From an uncultured Candidatus Saccharibacteria bacterium (GTDB lineage: Bacteria; Patescibacteriota; Saccharimonadia; Saccharimonadales; CAIOMD01): a DNA stretch of 64,000 nucleotides. Location of the stretch: assembly GCA_903859365.1 (NCBI GenBank), contig CAIOMD010000013.1, positions 1,081-65,080 of the forward strand, given 5' to 3'. The notes under the pieces are model-generated. The model was not told where the DNA came from. It was given only the letters and a program-made list of their open reading frames with translations, and made no database searches. Both the position numbers and the translations under genes were made by a program. This document shows, in pieces, positions 55,017-62,267 of the stretch (positions are counted from its first letter, which is position 1; each line of letters starts with the position of its first letter).

Positions 55017-55763
55017 TTATTTTTTTACTTCAGCTTTTTTACTAACTTCTGATGTTTCAGCTTTTTTAGCACGTCGTTCTTTTCCTGATTGAACTGCAGT
55101 ATTCACGTATTGGCATGCTAATGCGATAGTTCGAATAGCATCATCATTACAAGCGATTGGATAAGTGATCTTGCTTGGGTCGGCATTAGTATCGACGAGG
55201 GCAACAATGGGAATTCCTAAGCGTATCGCTTCTTTAACGGCATTATCTTCCTCAAGGATATCGACAACAAACAAAGCGCCAGGGCGACCTTGTAATTCTT
55301 TTATACCTCCGAAGATGACGTTCATTTCGTCAATTTGTTCTTGGAACCGCTGCACTTCCAGCTTATTGTATTTTGCTGAAAGTTCACCAGAAGCCATCTT
55401 AGCTTCAAGATCTTTTAACTTCTTTATGCGAACGTTAATAGTTGATGAATTAGTCAACATACCGCCGAGCCATCGCTCAACTACGTACGGTTGGTTGACT
55501 GCTATTGCCGCTTCCCTTAAAACATCTTTTGCCTGTCTCTTAGTACCAACAAAAAGAACCTGCTGACCTCGTGCGACAATCTCTTCTATAAAACTAAGTG
55601 CTTCATCAAACTGTTCAACAGTTTTCTCAAGATTAATAATGTGGTTTTCACCTCTTTTGCTGTGAATAAACGGTGCCATTTTTGGATGCCATCGACTTGT
55701 CTTGTGGCCAAAATGAGCTCCTGCTTCAAGCAGCGCCTTTATATCTACTTTTGTACTAGCCAT
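55017..55763 (-). CDS. rpsB: 30S ribosomal protein S2
   Basis: LLEAGAHFGHKTSRWHPKM. I moved the start to the ATG at 55763, which is preceded by AAGGA. Confidence 0.95.
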   Translation of the reverse strand: MASTKVDIKALLEAGAHFGHKTSRWHPKMAPFIHSKRGENHIINLEKTVEQFDEALSFIEEIVARGQQVLFVGTKRQAKDVLREAAIAVNQPYVVERWLGGMLTNSSTINVRIKKLKDLEAKMASGELSAKYNKLEVQRFQEQIDEMNVIFGGIKELQGRPGALFVVDILEEDNAVKEAIRLGIPIVALVDTNADPSKITYPIACNDDAIRTIALACQYVNTAVQSGKERRAKKAETSEVSKKAEVKK

Positions 55764-55896
55764 TATCCTTTTTCTCCCTTCGCCTTCTATTTTTTGCCCC
55801 AAGCGGGGAGGATAAACATAGAAGGTTGATTCATTAAAATTATTTTGTAAGTAAATAGTAACAGATTGAACTTGTTTTGTCTACTCTGTTATATGA

Positions 55897-55925
55897 TTGA
55901 CGATAAAGAGATTCCAATGTATAAT
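55897..55925 (+). promoter_or_regulatory. Near-consensus sigma-70 promoter for rpmE
   Basis: TTGACG (55897-55902), 17-nt spacer, TATAAT (55920-55925), ~85 nt upstream of the GTG start. Confidence 0.55.
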
Positions 55926-56014
55926 TAAAATCAAATGAGACAATAAAAACTGACTGCGATTGCTCGTCGCTAACCAGGGTTTCAAAATAACCTAAATGAG
56001 CATAAGGATTTATA

Positions 56015-56344
56015 GTGAAAAAAGAAATTCATCCATCAGATTACAGACCTGTAGTTTTTGAAGATCTCGGCAATGGCTTCAGAGTTTTAACAAAATCTAC
56101 AATCAAATCAGAAGAAACCACCAAATGGGAAGACGGTAACGAATACCCTCTTGTTAAAGTACATATTAGTAGTAGTACACACCCCTTCTTTACGGGCCAA
56201 GAAAAGCTTCTTGACATGGAAGGTCGAGTTGATAGATTTAAGGCTCGCGCAGAAGCTGGAGCTAAAGCCAAAGCAGCAAAACAACTCAAGCCTAAGACTA
56301 AAAAAGCATCTGTTAAAAAAGAAAAACAAGAACAAACAGTTTAA
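56015..56344 (+). CDS. rpmE: 50S ribosomal protein L31, Cys-less (type B-like), with a Lys/Ala-rich C-terminal extension
   Basis: [25 protein letters not shown]. No CxxC pairs. GTG start. Confidence 0.9.
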   Translation: MKKEIHPSDYRPVVFEDLGNGFRVLTKSTIKSEETTKWEDGNEYPLVKVHISSSTHPFFTGQEKLLDMEGRVDRFKARAEAGAKAKAAKQLKPKTKKASVKKEKQEQTV

Positions 56345-56412
56345 GAAATTTAAATCGACTTTTGCAGCACAGTTTAACTGTGCTGTTTTAGTAAAAAAGG
56401 TACAATGAAGAT

Positions 56413-57468
56413 ATGGAAAGCAAGTTACAGGTACTCGCACAAGAATTACAAGAGATAGAGGTTTCTTTATCTGATCCTTCAATTTTTAGTAGCCCTAACT
56501 ACCCTAAACTTGCTAAACGAAAAAATTTTATAGAAAATACACTCGCTATTTCAAAAAAAATAGAAATTATGAAACATCAATTAATTGGTGCTCAGTCTAT
56601 GATCGGTGGCGACAAAGAGTTAGATGAATTAGCCCAACTGGAAATCAAAGAACTTGAAGAACATATTCAAATTAGTTCTGAGCAACTAAATGAAGCACTA
56701 ACCCCGAGCGACCCAAACAATAATAAGGATGCAATCATTGAAATTAGAGCTGGTGCTGGTGGTGATGAGTCAAGTATTTTTAGCGGTGAAGTTTTTCGTA
56801 TGTATAGCCGCTACGCCGAACTTCACAACTTCAAAATAGAACTAATCAGTGAAACTGCTAGTGAAGTTGGAGGATTTAAAGAAATTATTTTTGTTATCAG
56901 GGGCGATGATGCTTATAAGACTTTCAAATTCGAAGCTGGTGTTCATAGAGTGCAACGCGTGCCTTCAACTGAAAGCCAAGGAAGAATTCACACAAGCACC
57001 ATTACTGTCGCCGTTTTACCAGAAGCAGAGGAAACTGATGTTGAAATTAATCAATCTGATTTACGCGTAGATGTTTATAGAGCCAGCGGGCATGGCGGGC
57101 AAAGCGTAAACACTACTGATAGTGCCGTAAGAATTACCCACATCCCTTCTGGGCTCGTAGTTACTTGCCAAGATGAGAAATCCCAGCTAAAAAATAAGGA
57201 TAAAGCTATGGGTGTACTTCGAGCGCGATTACTTCAAATGAAGATTGATGAAGAGCAAAAAAATATGAGCGAATCTCGTAGAAAACTTATTGGGAGCGGT
57301 GATAGAAGTGAAAAGATTAGGACATATAACTTCCCTCAGGATAGGATTACTGATCACAGAATTGGCTTCTCCCGCTCTAATATTCCAGCTGCGTTAACTG
57401 GGGATATTCAAGATTTGTTCGATGCCCTACAGGACTATGATAAGCATCTTATTAATGAAACTGAATAA
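56413..57468 (+). CDS. prfA: Peptide chain release factor 1
   Basis: PxT motif (VPSTES) and GGQ (GHGGQSVN). Confidence 0.95.
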   Translation: MESKLQVLAQELQEIEVSLSDPSIFSSPNYPKLAKRKNFIENTLAISKKIEIMKHQLIGAQSMIGGDKELDELAQLEIKELEEHIQISSEQLNEALTPSDPNNNKDAIIEIRAGAGGDESSIFSGEVFRMYSRYAELHNFKIELISETASEVGGFKEIIFVIRGDDAYKTFKFEAGVHRVQRVPSTESQGRIHTSTITVAVLPEAEETDVEINQSDLRVDVYRASGHGGQSVNTTDSAVRITHIPSGLVVTCQDEKSQLKNKDKAMGVLRARLLQMKIDEEQKNMSESRRKLIGSGDRSEKIRTYNFPQDRITDHRIGFSRSNIPAALTGDIQDLFDALQDYDKHLINETE

Positions 57469-58270
57469 AAAAAATTATAACGAGTGGCTTTTAGAGGCAA
57501 GAAAAAAACTCACGAAAGCAGGTATCCCTTCTGCAAATCTAGATGCCATATTATTACTCGAACATGTAGTAAAAAAAAATATAGAAACGATTTTAACCTA
57601 TCCAGAAACACTACTAGATAGATTTCAAATTAATAAACTTGAAAAACTACTCAAAAAAAGATTGCGACATGCCCCTATTGCTTATTTGGTTAATAAGAAA
57701 GAGTTTTATGGTAGGGAGTTTTATGTAAATAATAATGTGTTAATTCCTCGTCCAGAGACAGAAAGTTTCATATCGTTACTTGAAAAGCTATCTTTTGAAA
57801 AAAAACAAAAATTAATTGATCTCGGTACAGGCAGCGGTATCCTTGCTGTTACAGTCAAATCCCTGCATCCCGACTGGGATGTAACTGCAATTGATATTTC
57901 GAAAAAAGCGTTAAAGGTTGCTCGGTATAACGCAAAAAGAATAGGGGTAGAAATAAATTTTAAAAAATCCAATCTTTTTAATTCAATTGATAATAATTTT
58001 GATATTGTAATCGCTAATCTTCCCTACGTCCCCACGAAACTTCCTGTTCTTAATGAGGTAAAAAAAGAGCCCCAAGTTGCTATTTTTTCAGGTAAAGATG
58101 GCCTCAATCTTTATCGCAATCTCTTCAAGAGTTCATTTAAAAAAGATTCGTTTTTATTTCTTGAATCACTTGTTTCGCAACAAAAAAACATTAACTTATT
58201 AGCGGATAAAAATGGTTTTAAAGCAATTGCCCAAGAGGGTCTCGTGAGCGTATTTAAAAAAACTAAATAG
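57455..58270 (+). CDS. prmC: Release-factor glutamine N5-methyltransferase PrmC/HemK
   Basis: [11 protein letters not shown] and an NPPY-like IANLPYV. I moved the start to the ATG at 57455, which overlaps the prfA stop. Confidence 0.85.
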   Translation: MKLNKKNYNEWLLEARKKLTKAGIPSANLDAILLLEHVVKKNIETILTYPETLLDRFQINKLEKLLKKRLRHAPIAYLVNKKEFYGREFYVNNNVLIPRPETESFISLLEKLSFEKKQKLIDLGTGSGILAVTVKSLHPDWDVTAIDISKKALKVARYNAKRIGVEINFKKSNLFNSIDNNFDIVIANLPYVPTKLPVLNEVKKEPQVAIFSGKDGLNLYRNLFKSSFKKDSFLFLESLVSQQKNINLLADKNGFKAIAQEGLVSVFKKTK

Positions 58271-59012
58271 ACTTATCTTGCCAGTCGCCTACGATGATAA
58301 TTATAAAGACGACTACTGCCATAAGGCCGATAAGTTGATTCTTCAACACTGGTTTAAGTCTTTCGTTGTGATCAAGGTAGTAAAGCGTTGCAATGCCATA
58401 TCCTAAAATAGTTAAAAGAATGGCGATTTGAGGAAATTGGAAATACTGTATAACCCAGTGGCCTAAAATCCATGCCATAACTCCACCAAACCAAGCCCAT
58501 ATTTCACTAATAACTTTTATCATTGGTTCATCAAATGCACCTAAGAAATGTCGTGAGGCTGCATAACAAATGATCCACGTAACGAGAACTATGGTTATTA
58601 AAGAGGCGCTTGGGAATGAACGGTAAAATGCCACTAATGTAACAGCCTGCGACACTAGGGCCTGACTCATTACTGCAACCGGATTAGATTTCTGTTTTAG
58701 CCACACAAGCCAAATAATATAAAATATCATCCATACTAGCTGAGTAATCAATCTACTTGTTCCGCTCATGAACGCTACTGTGGATAATCCTATAAATATA
58801 TCTACCAAATTGCTTCTGACGATTGCCACCCAGTAGCGCGGCTTTACGGAAAACATTCTCCATTTTGATAGACCAATAAGAATCACTGCCACATATTCAA
58901 AATTCAAGCGAATTAAGATAAGCATCGCTATAGGCAAAAAAGTATTAAGACCTAAATGGAGTGCATTGGCGATTCCAGAAGCGGGTTTAATTTTATAAAA
59001 AATTTTCTTCAT
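58263..59012 (-). CDS. Polytopic membrane protein of unknown function
   Basis: Six to seven hydrophobic segments and no motif I recognise. Contains an exact TGTGGATAA at 58779-58787. Confidence 0.55.
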   Translation of the reverse strand: MKKIFYKIKPASGIANALHLGLNTFLPIAMLILIRLNFEYVAVILIGLSKWRMFSVKPRYWVAIVRSNLVDIFIGLSTVAFMSGTSRLITQLVWMIFYIIWLVWLKQKSNPVAVMSQALVSQAVTLVAFYRSFPSASLITIVLVTWIICYAASRHFLGAFDEPMIKVISEIWAWFGGVMAWILGHWVIQYFQFPQIAILLTILGYGIATLYYLDHNERLKPVLKNQLIGLMAVVVFIIIIVGDWQDKSI

Positions 59013-59084
59013 TATGTTTGAATTAAATTAATAACTTAATTTCTAATCAATAATACATTTTATAAGCTTAAATTAAAATGCTCG

Positions 59085-59405
59085 TCATAAATTAATTAGA
59101 ACAATAAGAAGAAGAATCAGAAAAAGAATAGATACTAATATAATCTTTGGTTTTTTTAATACAAAGTGAGCGCTGCTTTTTTTGTTCTTAATGACAACCT
59201 TTCGTGGAACTATTTGTTGCTCTATACCCTTCACGGTTCTTCTTCTGAAACCATCTTCCCTTACAAAATTATCAACTTTGTCGTGAATATTTTTTTTGTG
59301 ATCTGACCCTGTCACTGGTTGTCGGGTACCGTAAGTCCCAAAATGAGATTGTCGATGCCCAGGTATGTTCTTATTATTTTTGTGACTGTTTTGTTGTTTT
59401 TTCAT
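59085..59405 (-). CDS. Small basic protein with a C-terminal membrane anchor, unknown function
   Basis: Lys/Arg/His-rich N-terminal ~85 aa, then ILVSILFLILLLIVLINL at the extreme C-terminus. Confidence 0.4.
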   Translation of the reverse strand: MKKQQNSHKNNKNIPGHRQSHFGTYGTRQPVTGSDHKKNIHDKVDNFVREDGFRRRTVKGIEQQIVPRKVVIKNKKSSAHFVLKKPKIILVSILFLILLLIVLINL

Positions 59406-59430
59406 AATAAACTGCTACTTTATTTTACCA

Positions 59431-60174
59431 ATGTTTATGGAAAATGTCCTCCTTTCGTGTACAATTGGTTATATGCATGAAGAAGAAGAAAAAATAGTTG
59501 ATCATAAGCACTCTGAGCACCTTACTGATCATAAAAAAGAAACCAAGGAACAATCCAAAGATAAAAAAAATAGTATTTATACTATTTTACTATTTATCCT
59601 CGCCCCACTTTTTGCTCTTTTTATGATAATTTTTGTTTTCCAGAGCTACATTGTTGACGGAACAAGCATGACACCAACTCTACAAAATGGCGACAGAGTT
59701 TTTATACTAAAATTACCCAAAAGCTTTGATGGAATGATCGGTAAAACATACATTCCTTCAAGACATGAGATTATCGTTTTTAAAAAACCAAGCGACCCTA
59801 GCACACAACTTATAAAAAGAGTTATTGGACTCCCGGGAGACACAGTAGTAGTAAATAATGGCAAAATTACTGTGTATAACGCTCAAAATCCTAATGGGTT
59901 CAATCCAGACGCAAACACTGATTATGGCCCGACACTCGCTTCCACGATCGGAAACGTCGACATTACTGTAGGAGCAAATGAGCTATTTGTTTGTGGAGAT
60001 AATCGTGGGCCCGGCGGATCATTGGATTCTAGAACTGGTGTTGGACTAGTCCCTGTACAAAATATAATCGGTAGACTATGGGTGCGCTATTATCCCTTTA
60101 GCTCATTTAAGACATATTCAACAGAATTAAATAATCTCCTCAAAATTAAAAATCTGAATAGTATTTCTTATTAA
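59431..60174 (+). CDS. lepB: Signal peptidase I
   Basis: VDGTSMTPTL (Ser), LIKRVIGLPGD (Lys), GDNRGPGGSLDSR. The start codon is uncertain among three in-frame Met codons. Confidence 0.85.
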   Translation: MFMENVLLSCTIGYMHEEEEKIVDHKHSEHLTDHKKETKEQSKDKKNSIYTILLFILAPLFALFMIIFVFQSYIVDGTSMTPTLQNGDRVFILKLPKSFDGMIGKTYIPSRHEIIVFKKPSDPSTQLIKRVIGLPGDTVVVNNGKITVYNAQNPNGFNPDANTDYGPTLASTIGNVDITVGANELFVCGDNRGPGGSLDSRTGVGLVPVQNIIGRLWVRYYPFSSFKTYSTELNNLLKIKNLNSISY

Positions 60175-61058
60175 CTAAGATTTTTCATTTTATTTAAAAT
60201 GGCATTCAGCTCTTCTTCGTTCTTGTAATTTATAACAAGCTTACCCGAACCTCTTTTTGAATGTTGGATAAGAGTTTTAGCTCCAAGAACAATCCCAATT
60301 TGCTGGACTGATTTTTTAATTTTACTGTCAGATATCTTACTCTTAGCAGTTTTATCGATTACTTGTTCATTGTTCTTTTTTACAGAAACTACAAATTGCT
60401 CTGCTTGTCGAACGCTAATGCCTTTACCAACTATAAGATCAAACAATTTCTTTTGTTCTTTAGGGTTTTTTTGAAGTGCAAGTATCGAGCGCGCATGTCC
60501 TTCGGTAACTAATCTATCCTCAAAGGCCTTGAGTATATATTCAGGTAATGCAAGTAATCTTACTAAATTAATAATAGATGTATACGCTTTACCGAGTCTT
60601 TGCGCTATCTCTTCGTAACTTTGATTAAACTGCTCATGCAGCCTTACTACTGTAAGAGCTTGCTCAAATGAGCTGAGATCAGCTCGTTGTACATTCTCTA
60701 AAAGTGCCAGTTCCAGTTGCTGATGCTCGCTTGCCTCTCTAACAATCGCAGGCATTTCATTAAGCCCTGCGATTTGTGAAGCGCGCCAACGACGCTCACC
60801 AGCAATTATTGTATACATATTTTGTTTATTTTTTACTACAACAATTGGTTGTAAAATTCCTTGTTCAGAAATAGACCTAGCAAGTTGTTCAAGCTGTAGT
60901 TGATCAAAATTTTTTCTTGGCTGGTCAGACTTAGGAACTATAGTATCAATAGATAGTTTGTGTATTCGATCGTCACTTCCTGCGGTGACATTGGATACAC
61001 TAAAACCTTTTGGCATTAGAATATCAAACCCCTTACCTAAACCTTTATTAGTTGCCAC
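60171..61058 (-). CDS. parB: Chromosome partitioning protein ParB
   Basis: GLGKGFDILMP, IIAGERRWRAS, HTH region. Its stop overlaps the lepB stop. Confidence 0.9.
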   Translation of the reverse strand: MATNKGLGKGFDILMPKGFSVSNVTAGSDDRIHKLSIDTIVPKSDQPRKNFDQLQLEQLARSISEQGILQPIVVVKNKQNMYTIIAGERRWRASQIAGLNEMPAIVREASEHQQLELALLENVQRADLSSFEQALTVVRLHEQFNQSYEEIAQRLGKAYTSIINLVRLLALPEYILKAFEDRLVTEGHARSILALQKNPKEQKKLFDLIVGKGISVRQAEQFVVSVKKNNEQVIDKTAKSKISDSKIKKSVQQIGIVLGAKTLIQHSKRGSGKLVINYKNEEELNAILNKMKNLS

Positions 61059-61812
61059 GTTGTATAACCTCCTTTGTCAAAGCCTTGTAAGCTTTTGATC
61101 CTTTAGACCATTTATCATATTCAAAAATTGATTTTCCATGACTTGGCGCTTCTGCAAGACGAACATTACGAGGTATGACTGTAGAAAACACTATGTCGCC
61201 AAATACACGAAAAACCTCAGCTCGCACCTGCTCACTCAAGGATGTTCGGGAATCAAACATGGTTAAGAGCACGCCAAATATCTGTAGCGTTGGATTAAGG
61301 CCAGTCTGTATTTGTTGGACTACCTGGAGTAATTGACTCAGCCCTTCCATCGCATAATATTCTGTTTGAACGGGAACAATCACATCAGTTGAAGCTACTA
61401 ATGCGTTAACCGTTAAGAGTCCGAGGCTCGGGGGGCAATCTATTATAACGTAATCATAGCTACCTAAATTATTAACTAAGAACTCTTTTAATTTAAGCTC
61501 TCTTTTTTCTACCCCAGATAGCGATACCTCGGCGGCAGCTAAATCAGCATTAGTAGGTATAAGATTGATATTTTTCGATGATGTCACCATCGTTACTTGA
61601 TCAAAAGGAACACTCTCGAGTAGAGCATTATATGTGCCCATCACTATATCCATTTTTTCAACCCCAAGTCCACTAGTGGCGTTACCCTGAGGGTCGAGAT
61701 CAATAACTAAAATCTTGAAATCTTTTTTTGCAAGTCCTGCGGCAAGGTTAATAGTAGTCGTTGTTTTTCCGACTCCCCCTTTTTGATTTAAGATTGATAT
61801 CACTCTTGTCAT
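61048..61812 (-). CDS. parA: Chromosome partitioning ATPase ParA/Soj
   Basis: Deviant Walker A NQKGGVGKTTT, then IIDCPPSLG. I moved the start to MTRVISIL at 61812. Confidence 0.9.
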   Translation of the reverse strand: MTRVISILNQKGGVGKTTTTINLAAGLAKKDFKILVIDLDPQGNATSGLGVEKMDIVMGTYNALLESVPFDQVTMVTSSKNINLIPTNADLAAAEVSLSGVEKRELKLKEFLVNNLGSYDYVIIDCPPSLGLLTVNALVASTDVIVPVQTEYYAMEGLSQLLQVVQQIQTGLNPTLQIFGVLLTMFDSRTSLSEQVRAEVFRVFGDIVFSTVIPRNVRLAEAPSHGKSIFEYDKWSKGSKAYKALTKEVIQRGN

Positions 61813-62056
61813 ATACCCTGTTCCTGCAATATTTATTCCCTCTAATTTTACCATTTTACGATTTATTATTCATAACATAATGTTCTACGAATTAAGCGTA
61901 TGCTTTTTATACTTTAACTGTTGTAAAAAGTATATTTAACAGATGAAAGAAAATATAAGTTTTATATTAATTTTTTTAAAAAACGTTGTATTTTTTAAAA
62001 ATAAACTATCTCTTATCGACTTCAAATTTTATCTAGCTTAGAAATATGTTTTTAAA

Positions 62057-62090
62057 GTAATAATCGCTTCTTTTACGAAGCGATTATTAC
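62057..62090. terminator. 14-bp perfect hairpin (GTAATAATCGCTTC-TTTTAC-GAAGCGATTATTAC)
   Basis: Lies in the 413-bp spacer between the surface-protein stop and parA. T-runs on both sides are weak or offset, so its direction is unclear. Confidence 0.45.
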
Positions 62091-62256
62091 TGCTATTTAC
62101 TACTTTTTTAACAACAAGCCTGCGAGGTACTTACTGTTTATGTGTAGCCCGCCTTTTGTGGCAGTAGCTTTCTCAACACTTATGTTTATTTTTGTAATTT
62201 AAGTATGCCAAAATAATATATTTAATGCAAGCACATAAGAACAAATAATGTGCTCA

Positions 62257-62265
62257 TTATCCACA
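62257..62265 (+). promoter_or_regulatory. Perfect DnaA-box-like 9-mer TTATCCACA
   Basis: Exact match 2 nt outside the surface-protein stop codon. It is followed by G, as in three other copies. Confidence 0.3.
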
Positions 62266-62267
62266 GG

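Noticed and set aside
60171-61854. A consensus parS site near parAB.
   Set aside because: I found no close match to TGTTTCACGTGAAACA by eye in or around parAB. The best partial match elsewhere (around 51271-51286) fits only ~11 of 16 positions.
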